The notes beneath the pieces were generated by a model, which searched no databases, had not been told where the DNA came from, and saw nothing but the letters and a program-made list of their open reading frames with translations. DNA of 64,000 bases from an uncultured Clostridia bacterium. GTDB lineage: Bacteria > Bacillota > Clostridia > DUPQ01. Shown piece by piece: positions 20,763 to 30,834 of the stretch (the stretch's first letter is position 1; every line of letters begins with the position of its first letter). The translations under genes and the position numbers were made by a program. The stretch spans positions 1,918,791 through 1,982,790 of the forward strand of contig CAVXZA010000002.1 in NCBI GenBank assembly GCA_963766335.1. The letters run 5' to 3'.

Positions 20763-21520
20763 ATGCATAAGATAGAGATAAATTTCAACAATATAATAGG
20801 AGAGATGAAACCCCTCCATGGAATAAACAACGGCCCGTTATCAAGAGGAGGGTCTATAGATACCGGCATGTTTTATAAAAAGCTGAACCCACCGTATGCG
20901 CGTCTTCATGACACTCATTATCCTGATTCGAAGATAAATATTCCTTTTTTGAAGTATGTGACTGAATATCAGTTACATATTGGATTTTTACACTTTACAT
21001 TGCTATAGCAATAGTTCGTAACAGGCAGATGACTTTCTAAAGACAATGCATAATAAATTATCGATGTTCGGCATGCAAAATTTACCAACATATATTACTG
21101 GATGGAATTATTCACAAAAAGGGAAGGGCGGTTTGATTTTCTGGGAAGCAATGCCTAAGGCCGATATTATAGAAAAAGCTAATATGTTTAATAAAATGAA
21201 TACAGCCGAAGGTGCTTCTCATGTCGCGATGTTCTTGTCCATATTACAGGATTCTTATGTCAACCAAGCAAATTATTAACAAGCTTCGATAGACTGTAAG
21301 TTTTCTTGTTTTACTAAATACGGGCTTCCTTTAAAATTATACTATTCTTTAATTTAATTTAAGAAACTATTTGATCTTGGGTATCAGGTCAGTGTTATAA
21401 AAGAAGCAGAAATGACCGATGGTTCTGCAATAGCTGCTATCGATGGTACTACGGGTAAAATTCTTATCAGTAATTTTAATAATGAAGAAGACGAGTATAT
21501 GATTTATTATTTTTTCCAAA
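20763..21520 (+). pseudogene. Decayed GH39-like (clan GH-A) glycoside hydrolase
   Basis: N-terminal KPLHGINNGP...ARLHD, apparent internal deletion, frameshift near 20980 (LDFYTLHCY in another frame), in-frame TAA at 21019, 21277, 21355; end approximate. Confidence 0.7.
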
Positions 21521-21552
21521 ATAAAAAGCCTGGCCCGGAAGGGCTGGGCTTA
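21521..21552. terminator. Intrinsic terminator downstream of the tRNA pair
   Basis: AAGCCTGGCCC-GGAA-GGGCTGGGCTT with an adjacent A-tract (U-tract on - strand). Confidence 0.6.
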
Positions 21553-21553
21553 A

Positions 21554-21630
<77 letters not shown>

Positions 21631-21639
21631 CAATAAAAA

Positions 21640-21713
21640 TGGAGCGGGTGATGGGAATCGAACCCACACGACCAGCTTGGAAGGCTGGGGTTCTGCCACT
21701 GAACTACACCCGC
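21640..21713 (-). tRNA. tRNA-Gly(TCC)
   Basis: Reverse complement GCGGGTGTAGTTCAGTGG...CCAGC-CTTCCAA-GCTGG...GGTTCGATTCC...CCCGCTCCA, 74 nt. Confidence 0.95.
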
Positions 21714-21734
21714 AAAAATCATTTGACTTAGAGT

Positions 21735-21763
21735 ATTATACACACTGAAAATTTTTATGTCAA
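21735..21763 (-). promoter_or_regulatory. Consensus sigma-A promoter for the tRNA-Gly/tRNA-Arg pair
   Basis: TTGACA-17 nt-TATAAT on - strand. Confidence 0.85.
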
Positions 21764-21786
21764 TATGATATTAGACTGAACTCTTC

Positions 21787-21815
21787 TTGTCTGGGACCTT
21801 TAAAAATTGTATACT
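21787..21815 (+). promoter_or_regulatory. Putative divergent sigma-A promoter
   Basis: TTGTCT-17 nt-TATACT upstream of the oxidoreductase. Confidence 0.55.
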
Positions 21816-21842
21816 ATATAAAGCTTGAAAGAGGTATTTAAA

Positions 21843-23231
21843 ATGATACATGAACTGATAATTGATAAGACCGCAAATTATGAAGTAGTTGTTTGCGGAG
21901 GCGGTATGACAGGCTTTGCTGCTGCCGTTACTGCTGCAAGGCAGGGGAAAAAAACGATTCTTATCGAAAAAACAGGATGCCTCGGTGGTGTTGCCACATC
22001 AAGTGCAGTAACGAGCCTGCTGGGTGGGATGGATTATGAGGATGGAAATTTCAGATTTGTGACAGGCGGGCTGTTTAAAGAACTCTATTATAAGCTGCGA
22101 GAAAAGGATGAATGCGTCGATATATATAAAATTAACCGAAACAGGAGTCCCCATGCTTGGTATTCAGGTCTTTCAGAAGCCATTATATATAATAATGAAG
22201 CAATGAAGCGATTGCTTGATAACTTAACCGTTGAGTCCGGTTGCGATCTTTTATACTTCTCGCAGTTTATTGATATTAAATGCGAAGGCAATAGAATAAA
22301 ATATATTTTAATAGCTAATAAAGATGGTATTACTTCGATAACAGGAAATGTATTTGTAGATTGTACAGGCGATGCCGATCTTGCGTTCAGGGCAGGGTGC
22401 ACCATTGTAAAAGGCAGGACCGAAGACAATCTTATGATGCCGGCAACACTTATTATGGATTTGGAAAATGTGGATACTGAAACACTGCTTACATACATCG
22501 AAGAGAATGACAGCCCACGTTTTAGAGAAGAAATTAAAAAGCTGCGTGAAGCAGGGGAATGGAATTTCCCTATAGAAATATATATAAGTTTCCTGCTTAA
22601 CAGGCCGGGCTCTCATATGGTTAATTCAATCCGACAGGTTGGAATTGATGGAACTGATGCAAAATCACTGACACGCGGAATGATTGAGGGACGCAGGGAT
22701 AATAAAAAACTTTTTGAAATTGTTAAGAATAACTTCCCCGGCTACAAAGACTCGGTAATTTCTTCAATGGCGGAAACTATAGGCATCAGGGAAACCAGGA
22801 GAATAGTAGGGGAATATATGCTGACTCTGGATGACTTGCTTGAAGGCAAAGATTTCGATGATATTATCTGCATATCTTCATACTGCTTTGATGTTCCTGA
22901 TCCCAAAAGACCCAGTTATCAGCCGCTTGAGGGTAAACAGATAAAGAAGAAATATGCAGAAGTACCTTATAGATGCATGCTGCCTGATAAGCTTGATAAT
23001 CTTATAGTAGCAGGTAGGAGCATCTCCGTTGAGAGAATTGTGATGGGTCCTTTGAGAGTTATGGGGCCATGCATCGGTATGGGTCAGGCTGCAGGAATGG
23101 CTGCTGTTATTTCATCAATTGAAAATATTTCATTAAGAGATGTTGATGTTTCACAATTACAGGATAGGCTGCTTGGGTTAGATTGTATAATTGATGAAAG
23201 AAATGTATGTATTGTGGAGAGAAGTTTATGA
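21843..23231 (+). CDS. FAD-dependent oxidoreductase
   Basis: VVCGGGMTG, FVDCTGDADLA, GIRETRRI, VAGRSIS; ATG 21843 after GAGGT. Confidence 0.85.
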   Translation: MIHELIIDKTANYEVVVCGGGMTGFAAAVTAARQGKKTILIEKTGCLGGVATSSAVTSLLGGMDYEDGNFRFVTGGLFKELYYKLREKDECVDIYKINRNRSPHAWYSGLSEAIIYNNEAMKRLLDNLTVESGCDLLYFSQFIDIKCEGNRIKYILIANKDGITSITGNVFVDCTGDADLAFRAGCTIVKGRTEDNLMMPATLIMDLENVDTETLLTYIEENDSPRFREEIKKLREAGEWNFPIEIYISFLLNRPGSHMVNSIRQVGIDGTDAKSLTRGMIEGRRDNKKLFEIVKNNFPGYKDSVISSMAETIGIRETRRIVGEYMLTLDDLLEGKDFDDIICISSYCFDVPDPKRPSYQPLEGKQIKKKYAEVPYRCMLPDKLDNLIVAGRSISVERIVMGPLRVMGPCIGMGQAAGMAAVISSIENISLRDVDVSQLQDRLLGLDCIIDERNVCIVERSL

Positions 23232-24874
23232 GAATAACATTTCATGGCGCTGCAAAAGGTGTCACAGGTTCAAATCACTATATAGAAACCGGAAATACCC
23301 GAATACTTATTGACTGCGGGTTGTTTCAGGGATCTTCGGCTACAAAAAAACGTAATTTCGATGAACTGCCATACAATCCGGTTGAAATTGATTTCGTATT
23401 ATTGACACATGCGCATATTGACCATAGCGGAAGAATACCCTTGTTGTACAAAAAAGGTTATAAAGGTCAGGTTTATTGCACAAAGCCAACAAAGGGATTA
23501 TGTGAAATCATGCTTCCTGATAGTGCCCACATACAGGAAGGTGAAGCAGAGTATAAAAACAGGAAAAGAATACGTTCCGGGGCAGCTTTACTGAACCCTT
23601 TATATACTATTGCAGATGCACAGTCGGCTGTGAAGAACTTTAAATCTGTACAATACAATAACATAATAAAGCTGAATGATAATGTCTCTGTACGCTTCAG
23701 GGATGCAGGGCATATACTGGGTTCGGCTGCTATTGAAATGTGGTGCAGGGAAAACGGCAAAACTGTAAAAACTGTATTTTCAGGTGATTTGGGCAAATTC
23801 GATACACCGATAATCCGCGATCCATATTTCATTGAAGAGACGGATTATCTGGTCATCGAGTCAACTTACGGAAATAAACTTCATCAATATAAGGAGAACC
23901 GTGAAAAGGCGATGTTCGATATAATTGAAGAAACGCTTTTAAAAAAAGGCACGGTTATAATACCATCTTTTGCAGTCGGTCGTACTCAGGAAATGATCTA
24001 TGGGTTTAACCGTCAGATTGACCTTAAAAACAGGTATCAAATCTTTAAAAGCATTCCAGTTTATGTAGACAGCCCTTTGGCAATTTCGGCAACAGAGGTT
24101 TTTAAGAAGAATCAAGAAGTCTTTGATGATGAAGCCAAGGAATATATATTCGATGGTGACAATCCGCTTGATTTCGAGAACCTTATTTACACGCGTACAT
24201 CAGATGAGTCCAAAGCAATAAATTTTAATAACGAACCCAAGATTATTATCTCGGCTAGCGGGATGTGCGACGCCGGCAGGATAAAGCATCATCTTAAACA
24301 CAACATTTGGAAAAAGGACTGCACAGTCATGTTTGTTGGTTACCAGGCTCAAGGAACTCTTGGCAGAAGGCTTGTTGATGGAGCTGACTCGGTCAAGATT
24401 TTCAAGGACACCATTGAGGTTAATGCAAGGATTGAAATGATTGACGGATTTTCAGGCCATGGCGACAAGGAGGATCTTGATAGATATATAGAAGGTTTTA
24501 AAACAAAACCCAAAAAAGTATTTTTGGTTCATGGAGAGGAAGAACAACTAGAAGGTTTCAGTGCTAGGCTAAGTACTAAATATAACATAAACAGCATAAT
24601 CCCTGAGCCGTCGCAATCCTTTGATATATCTTGCGAAGACTGTGTTGATACTACACCTGAACCAAACCGTGAAATAACCAAACAGAGTTTTAAACGGCTT
24701 GAATTGCTAAACATGATAAAACGCGTTAAGAATGAGATAGAAGATATGACAGACATGATTTCAAATGATATGCTTAATTCAATGGAAGATGCTGATGTTA
24801 AGAAAAGCATTGCAAAATACTCAGACATTGAAGAAGAAATATATACACTCTTAAATATATTGGAGAAGAAATAG
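23228..24874 (+). CDS. MBL-fold beta-CASP ribonuclease (YSH1-like)
   Basis: THAHIDHSG, AGHILG, ESTYG, FAVGRTQE, FSGHGD, LVHGE. Confidence 0.9.
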   Translation: MRITFHGAAKGVTGSNHYIETGNTRILIDCGLFQGSSATKKRNFDELPYNPVEIDFVLLTHAHIDHSGRIPLLYKKGYKGQVYCTKPTKGLCEIMLPDSAHIQEGEAEYKNRKRIRSGAALLNPLYTIADAQSAVKNFKSVQYNNIIKLNDNVSVRFRDAGHILGSAAIEMWCRENGKTVKTVFSGDLGKFDTPIIRDPYFIEETDYLVIESTYGNKLHQYKENREKAMFDIIEETLLKKGTVIIPSFAVGRTQEMIYGFNRQIDLKNRYQIFKSIPVYVDSPLAISATEVFKKNQEVFDDEAKEYIFDGDNPLDFENLIYTRTSDESKAINFNNEPKIIISASGMCDAGRIKHHLKHNIWKKDCTVMFVGYQAQGTLGRRLVDGADSVKIFKDTIEVNARIEMIDGFSGHGDKEDLDRYIEGFKTKPKKVFLVHGEEEQLEGFSARLSTKYNINSIIPEPSQSFDISCEDCVDTTPEPNREITKQSFKRLELLNMIKRVKNEIEDMTDMISNDMLNSMEDADVKKSIAKYSDIEEEIYTLLNILEKK

Positions 24875-26040
24875 TGCCTAACGAAAAAATTATTTATCTT
24901 GACAATGCGGCCTCAACAAAACCATTCCCTGAAGTGACTGAAAGAATGAAGGAAATTTTAGATTACACCTACGGAAATTCATCCAGTGCACATAAATTTG
25001 GTATTGAGGCTCACAGAATAATCAAGAAATCAACTGAAACACTTGCAGGAATTATTAATTGCAATCCAGAGGAGATAGTATTTACCAGCGGAGCCGCGGA
25101 AGCCAATAATATTGCAATAAAAGGATATGCATTTGCTAATATGAAATCCGGAAAAACCATTGTTACTTCAGCTTATGAGCATCCGACTGTCTTAAAACCA
25201 GTGAAAAGTCTGGAAAGATTCGGCTTTAAAAACTGTATATGCGGTATAGACTACATGGGTTATGTAAAACAATGCAATATAAAAGACAATGTGAATTCTG
25301 ATACTTTGATGGTATCCATCATGACAATTAACAGTGAAACAGGAACTATTAATGATATCGGCAGTATTTCTTCTGATGTTAAGGCTATAAATATAAATAC
25401 TGCTGTTCATACTGATTCTGTCCAGGCATTTTGCAAGTATAAGATTGATATGCATGAATGGAAAAACGTCGATATGCTGTCTGTTAGTTCCCATAAAATC
25501 AAAGGGCCGAAGGGGATGGGAATGTTGTATATGAAGAAAGGAACAAATATAATCCCCCTGATTGACGGGGGAGGACATCAGCTGGGAAGAAGGTCTGGTA
25601 CAGAGAATACAGCCGGTATTGCAGGCTTTTCACTCGCAGCTGAAATTTATTCAAGGGAATCAACAAAATATTTTCAGTATGTTCTTGGTTTGAATAGCTA
25701 TCTTAGAAAAAAGCTTGCAGCTGATATTGACGATTATCTGATTAACTCCCATAAAGATGCTAGTCCGTATATACTGAATATAGCATTGAGGGGAATTCGT
25801 TCGGAGGTAGTTCTAAACCACTTGTCAGGGAATAATATTTTTATATCCGCAGGCAGCGCATGTTCTTCAAAGCGGAAGGGGAATTCACATGTCCTGGAGG
25901 CGATGTGCGTCCCGGATGATTATATTGGCGGTGCGTTGAGGATTAGCTTCAGCCCGTTAAATACCTTGGAAGAAATTGATATCTTCGTCAATGAACTGGC
26001 ATCTGTTCTTCCCAGGTTCAGAAGCTTGAGGAAAAAGTAA
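24874..26040 (+). CDS. Cysteine desulfurase (NifZ/IscS-like, ThiI partner)
   Basis: YLDNAAST, SSHKIKGPKG, RSGTEN, SAGSACSS. Confidence 0.92.
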   Translation: MPNEKIIYLDNAASTKPFPEVTERMKEILDYTYGNSSSAHKFGIEAHRIIKKSTETLAGIINCNPEEIVFTSGAAEANNIAIKGYAFANMKSGKTIVTSAYEHPTVLKPVKSLERFGFKNCICGIDYMGYVKQCNIKDNVNSDTLMVSIMTINSETGTINDIGSISSDVKAININTAVHTDSVQAFCKYKIDMHEWKNVDMLSVSSHKIKGPKGMGMLYMKKGTNIIPLIDGGGHQLGRRSGTENTAGIAGFSLAAEIYSRESTKYFQYVLGLNSYLRKKLAADIDDYLINSHKDASPYILNIALRGIRSEVVLNHLSGNNIFISAGSACSSKRKGNSHVLEAMCVPDDYIGGALRISFSPLNTLEEIDIFVNELASVLPRFRSLRKK

Positions 26041-27209
26041 TGAAGAGAATCCTTTTAATTAAATACGGTGAAATTATGTTAAAAGGTTTGAACCGTCCTT
26101 TTTTTGAAAAACAGCTGGAAAGAAATATAAAAAAAATTCTTACAGGTGAGTTTCAGTTTGAAATAACAAAGGAACATGGGCGTTTTTTCGTTGAAATAAT
26201 AGGAGATGAGCCAGACAGACGAAAAGCCGCTGATAAAATTTCTAAGGTTTTCGGAATAGTATCCATTTCATTTGCTTACAAACTTGGCCTTGAAACGAAA
26301 GATATATACAAAGCTGCTATAGGATGTTCTGAGGAAGCGATGTCAAAGGGTTTCAAAACTTTCAAAGTTGAAACAAGGCGGCCGAATAAAATGTTCCCTT
26401 ATGATTCAATGAAATTTTCAGCAATGACAGGTGAGCAGATTTTACTTGCATTATCAGGACTTACGGTTGATGTTCATAAACCTGAATTCACAGTGCATAT
26501 TGAAATTCGAAGAAATGCATATGTTTATTTTGAATCTATTAAAGCGGGTGGCGGCATACCTGTTGGCAGCTCCGGCCGGGGACTTATATTGTTGTCAGGA
26601 GGAATCGACAGCCCTGTAGCGGCATATATGATGGCTAAAAGAGGACTTCAGCTTGATGCTATATATTTTCATTCTCACCCATACACCACTGAAATGGCTA
26701 AGGAGAAAGTAATTGACCTGACAAAAAAACTGAGTCTATACTGTGGGAATATCCGGTTACACGTCATAAATTTTACTAATGCACAGCTGGCCATTTATGA
26801 TAATTGTCCTCATTCCCAGCTAACAATCATAATGAGAAGGGTAATGATGATAATTGCTGAGAGACTGGCGGGAAAAACAGGAGCAAAGGCACTTGTAACA
26901 GGGGAATCACTCGGACAGGTCGCCAGTCAGACACTTGAAAGTCTGGGCGTAACTAATTCAGCTGTAGCCCTTCCTGTTTTCAGGCCGCTTATCGGCATGG
27001 ATAAATACGAAGTGATAAATATTGCGAAGGATATTGATACTTTCGAAACATCAATTCTCCCTTATGAGGATTGCTGCACTGTGTTTGTTGCAAAACATCC
27101 CGAAACTCGCCCTAGACTTGAAAGAATACTTGAATCTGAAAAGGCATTGGAAATAGAGGCACTTATTGAAGAATGTTTGTCCGATATTGAAATAGTTGAG
27201 GTAATGTGA
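26040..27209 (+). CDS. thiI: tRNA 4-thiouridine synthase ThiI (no rhodanese domain)
   Basis: KYGEIMLKG, THUMP domain, LSGGIDSPVA, GESLGQVASQT, EDCC. Confidence 0.95.
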   Translation: MKRILLIKYGEIMLKGLNRPFFEKQLERNIKKILTGEFQFEITKEHGRFFVEIIGDEPDRRKAADKISKVFGIVSISFAYKLGLETKDIYKAAIGCSEEAMSKGFKTFKVETRRPNKMFPYDSMKFSAMTGEQILLALSGLTVDVHKPEFTVHIEIRRNAYVYFESIKAGGGIPVGSSGRGLILLSGGIDSPVAAYMMAKRGLQLDAIYFHSHPYTTEMAKEKVIDLTKKLSLYCGNIRLHVINFTNAQLAIYDNCPHSQLTIIMRRVMMIIAERLAGKTGAKALVTGESLGQVASQTLESLGVTNSAVALPVFRPLIGMDKYEVINIAKDIDTFETSILPYEDCCTVFVAKHPETRPRLERILESEKALEIEALIEECLSDIEIVEVM

Positions 27210-28195
27210 TGGAACAAGGTAAATTGCCAAACGCCAAACTTGAAAAGCTAATTCTGAATGACCTTGTTACCAGAAGGGAAGAGACTGTACTGCGGCCTGC
27301 AGTCGGTGAGGATTGCTGTGCACTGAACCTTGGGGATAACCTTTGCGTCATATCAACTGATCCTATTACTGCTGCAGATGAAAACGCCGGATTGCTGGCT
27401 GTGCTAGTATCACTTAACGATCTGGCTGCCAGCGGAGCTGAACCGGTTGGTATCCTCACGACAGTTCTGCTTCCGACTAATATAACTGAATCAAAGATCA
27501 GGAAGTTATTTAAGAATATTAACGCTACCTGCGACAGTATGAATATTGATGTTTTGGGAGGTCATACTGAAATCACTGATTCTGTTACTAAAACAATTAT
27601 AATAACGACGGCAATCGGTAAGGTTACTCCATCAGGTTTGATTAGGTCTGACGGTGCTATGCCGGGCGACGCTATTCTGATGACGAAGGCGGCCGGTCTT
27701 GAAGGAACTGCCATTATTGCAGCTGATAAATTCTCTGAAATCAAATCGTTCCTAAGTGATAATGAGATATTAACAGCTAAATCCTTTATTAATGAAATCA
27801 GTGTTCTAAAAGAAGGGCTTCAGGCTGCAATTGATGGAGCAACTGCAATGCATGATGTTACAGAGGGCGGAATTTTAGGAGCAATCTGGGAAGTATGCAG
27901 CGCATCTGATAAAGGCGCTGAAATATATATTGATAAAATAAAAGTACGTGAAATAACACGGAAGATTTGCAGCCGGTTTAGAATTGATCCTCTAAAACTG
28001 ATATCTTCAGGCAGTATGCTTATCACATGCGGGCAAGAAAATAAAAAGAAGGTTATCGATAATATAAGGGCTCTTGGAATTGATTGTTACATTATTGGGA
28101 AAATTACAAAAGGGGATAGAATTATTGCATTGACAGGTAGGGAAAAATCCGAAGTATTGCAACCCGGGGCAGACGAACTTTATAAAGTTATTTAA
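27209..28195 (+). CDS. AIR-synthase-like (PurM/HypE family) protein
   Basis: GEDC, STDPIT, NDLAASGA, GGHTE, MHDVTEGG. Confidence 0.85.
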   Translation: MEQGKLPNAKLEKLILNDLVTRREETVLRPAVGEDCCALNLGDNLCVISTDPITAADENAGLLAVLVSLNDLAASGAEPVGILTTVLLPTNITESKIRKLFKNINATCDSMNIDVLGGHTEITDSVTKTIIITTAIGKVTPSGLIRSDGAMPGDAILMTKAAGLEGTAIIAADKFSEIKSFLSDNEILTAKSFINEISVLKEGLQAAIDGATAMHDVTEGGILGAIWEVCSASDKGAEIYIDKIKVREITRKICSRFRIDPLKLISSGSMLITCGQENKKKVIDNIRALGIDCYIIGKITKGDRIIALTGREKSEVLQPGADELYKVI

Positions 28196-28197
28196 GG

Positions 28198-28226
28198 TTT
28201 ACAAATAACGGTGATTATGTTAAAAT
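28198..28226 (+). promoter_or_regulatory. Sigma-A promoter of rplS
   Basis: TTTACA-17 nt-TAAAAT with TGn extension. Confidence 0.65.
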
Positions 28227-28245
28227 GGCATCCGTGCTTTAAATA

Positions 28246-28281
28246 GGGCGGTCCTCTGCAGCAAAGAATGCATGAACGCTA
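28246..28281 (+). ncRNA. Ribosomal protein L19 leader (autoregulatory RNA)
   Basis: GGCGGTC-CTC-TGCA...TGCA-TGAACGCT hairpin with internal loop in the rplS 5'UTR, resembling the Firmicute L19 leader (recalled, not searched). Confidence 0.65.
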
Positions 28282-28301
28282 AACGGAAGGAGGAATTTAA
28301 A

Positions 28302-28652
28302 ATGGACATATTAAAATCAATCGAACAGGAACAGATGAGAACTGATCTGACAAGGCCTGAAATAGGTGATTATGTCAAAGTCCACCTGAAGGTTATCGAA
28401 GGAAGCAGAAAAAGAATCCAGGTTTTCGAAGGAACGGTCATTGCTATTAAAGGCTCAGGACTAAAGGAAACATTTACCGTTAGGAGATTATCATACGGCG
28501 TAGGCGTTGAAAGAGTTTTGCCTTTGCATTCTCCTAAAATCACAGAAATCGAAGTTATTAGAAAAGGTAAAGTCAGACGTGCTAAGCTATTCTATCTGCG
28601 TGACAGGGTAGGAAAAGCCGCCAGGGTAAAAGAAAAAATTGTTTCTAAATAA
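28302..28652 (+). CDS. rplS: 50S ribosomal protein L19
   Basis: [30 protein letters not shown]; AGGAGG RBS. Confidence 0.97.
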   Translation: MDILKSIEQEQMRTDLTRPEIGDYVKVHLKVIEGSRKRIQVFEGTVIAIKGSGLKETFTVRRLSYGVGVERVLPLHSPKITEIEVIRKGKVRRAKLFYLRDRVGKAARVKEKIVSK

Positions 28653-28654
28653 TA

Positions 28655-28680
28655 GAAGGGGGCTTTAAGCCCCCTTTTGT
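28655..28680 (+). terminator. Intrinsic terminator after rplS
   Basis: AAGGGGGCT-TTA-AGCCCCCTT then TTGT. Confidence 0.85.
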
Positions 28681-28715
28681 ACATTTATAGGCTTAATGCC
28701 GGATGAAAGACTAAT

Positions 28716-29321
28716 ATGAAAAATAAGTTCCTAAAAGAAGTTCTACAATGGGTTGAAGCAATTGCGATTGCAGTTGTTCTGGCTATATTAATACGAGGGT
28801 TTCTTTTTGAACCTGTAATTATTGAAGGTACTTCAATGTTAAATACTCTTGAAGACAGCGATAGGGTTATCTTAAATAAAATTACCCTTGCCTTCAATGA
28901 GCCGGAACCCGGCGATGTAGTGGTAATTGAAATTGAACCGCCTTATTTTAATGTTTTGAAATTTCTTAATAACAGTGCGCTTGCAAAAAGGCTGCTTCCT
29001 ACACTTACGGGTGCGGATTATATAAAGAGAATTATCGCTGTCGAAGGCGATGTTGTTGATATAATTGACGGTTATGTTTATGTTAATGGTGTAAAGACAG
29101 ATGAGCCTTATGTTAAAGAAAATGGTGTTACGCGGCAGTTGGTTGTAGCCATGCCCTATACGGTTGAAGAAGGTAAGCTTTTTGTTATGGGGGATAATAG
29201 GGGAGCAAGTCGTGACAGCAGGACGATCGGCACTATTGATGAAGAACAGATTATTGGAATAGCAGGTTATAGGATCTGGCCTATTCATAAACTGGGAAAA
29301 ATAGACGGTTATTGGAAATGA
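28716..29321 (+). CDS. lepB: Signal peptidase I
   Basis: GTSMLNTL, YIKRII, MGDNRGASRDSR. Confidence 0.93.
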   Translation: MKNKFLKEVLQWVEAIAIAVVLAILIRGFLFEPVIIEGTSMLNTLEDSDRVILNKITLAFNEPEPGDVVVIEIEPPYFNVLKFLNNSALAKRLLPTLTGADYIKRIIAVEGDVVDIIDGYVYVNGVKTDEPYVKENGVTRQLVVAMPYTVEEGKLFVMGDNRGASRDSRTIGTIDEEQIIGIAGYRIWPIHKLGKIDGYWK

Positions 29322-30169
29322 ATATAAACTGGTATCCCGGACATATGGCTAAAACAAAAAGGCTGCTTTTAGAAAACCTTAAGCTTGTCGATATTGTAAT
29401 TGAACTTCTCGATGCAAGGGTGCCTTACAGTAGTCAGAATCCTGACTTCAATGGAATATTCAACAATAAAAAAAGAGTAAAAGTTTTTAATAAATATGAT
29501 TTATCTGATGCTGACGTATCAAGAAAATGGAAAAAGCATTATGAAGAACAGGGGATACCCTGTATTTTCATTAACAGCAGGACAGGCGGAGGATTCAAAA
29601 AACTATTAACTGAGATTGAAAATCAATTGAAGGAAAAATACGAACGCGACAAGAGGAGAGGGCTTTTAAGAAGACCTATCCGTGCAATGGTTGTAGGGAT
29701 ACCTAATGTGGGTAAATCAACTTTTATAAACAGACTTACCGGAAGAGCTGCTGCCAGGACAGGCGACAGACCCGGGGTGACACGGGATAAGCAATGGATA
29801 AAAGTAAATAATAAAATACATTTCCTCGATACCCCTGGTATTTTATGGCCAAAGTTCGAAGATAATAAAATCGGCTTGAATCTTGCTCTTACCGGAGCCA
29901 TAAAAGACGAGATCATGGATATCAGGGAAATGACCTGCAAGCTGCTGGAATTTCTAGTATCTAAATATAGGGTAAACCTAGAAACAAGATATGGAATAGA
30001 ATGCGGTCAAAAGCCGGGACATTCGCTGCTTGAGGAAATTGCACATAAAAGAGGGTTTTTAATTTCTTCGGGAGAACCCGATACTTTTAAAGCTGCTCAA
30101 ATAATAATCGATGAATTCAGGGGGGGCGTCATGGGTCGCATTTCCCTTGAGATTCCAAAGCAAAATTAG
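29318..30169 (+). CDS. ylqF: Ribosome biogenesis GTPase RbgA/YlqF
   Basis: INWYPGHM, GIPNVGKST, LDTPGILWP. Confidence 0.95.
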   Translation: MNINWYPGHMAKTKRLLLENLKLVDIVIELLDARVPYSSQNPDFNGIFNNKKRVKVFNKYDLSDADVSRKWKKHYEEQGIPCIFINSRTGGGFKKLLTEIENQLKEKYERDKRRGLLRRPIRAMVVGIPNVGKSTFINRLTGRAAARTGDRPGVTRDKQWIKVNNKIHFLDTPGILWPKFEDNKIGLNLALTGAIKDEIMDIREMTCKLLEFLVSKYRVNLETRYGIECGQKPGHSLLEEIAHKRGFLISSGEPDTFKAAQIIIDEFRGGVMGRISLEIPKQN

Positions 30170-30225
30170 TAAAAGAATCAAATAAATCATGTATAATGAA
30201 AATATCATAATCCGAGGTTTTTTGT

Positions 30226-30834
30226 ATGAGGCGTTTCTTAAAAAAAATAAAACTTAGGCACGTACTTTACCTTGCACTGATTATTATAGTTGTTGTATTT
30301 GCTCTTCTTCTTCTGTTCGGTTTTTTATATGCACCATCTAGAATTGAAGGCGATTCAATGGAAAAAACAATTTATGACGGTGATTGGCTGATTATTAAGA
30401 AAGTGAATATTGACACCGACAGTCTTTCCCATGGCGATATAATAATAATGGAAGGCGAACCTAAAAAATATACACTATTCAGCTTTTTAAACAATAGTGA
30501 TTTTGCCAAAAGGTTTTTGCCCAGCCCGATCGGCGAAGACTGGATTAAGAGAATCATAGCCATCGAAGGAGAAACTGTTGATTTGATTAACGACAGGATA
30601 TATGTGAATGGAATAGTAATTGCTGAACCGTATTTAAAGGGACAGGGCACGACATATGACAAGAGACTGATTGAGTTTCCTTATACCATTCCTGAAAATG
30701 AATTTTTTGTAATGGGTGACAACCGCCTTGAAAGCCATGACAGCAGGAATATAGGCTCCATAGGGGCTGATGAAATCATAGGTACTTCCAATTTTAGGAT
30801 CTGGCCGTTGTCAAGGTTCGGAAAGATTGATTGA
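30226..30834 (+). CDS. lepB: Signal peptidase I (second paralog)
   Basis: GDSMEKT, WIKRII, MGDNRLESHDSR. Confidence 0.92.
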   Translation: MRRFLKKIKLRHVLYLALIIIVVVFALLLLFGFLYAPSRIEGDSMEKTIYDGDWLIIKKVNIDTDSLSHGDIIIMEGEPKKYTLFSFLNNSDFAKRFLPSPIGEDWIKRIIAIEGETVDLINDRIYVNGIVIAEPYLKGQGTTYDKRLIEFPYTIPENEFFVMGDNRLESHDSRNIGSIGADEIIGTSNFRIWPLSRFGKID

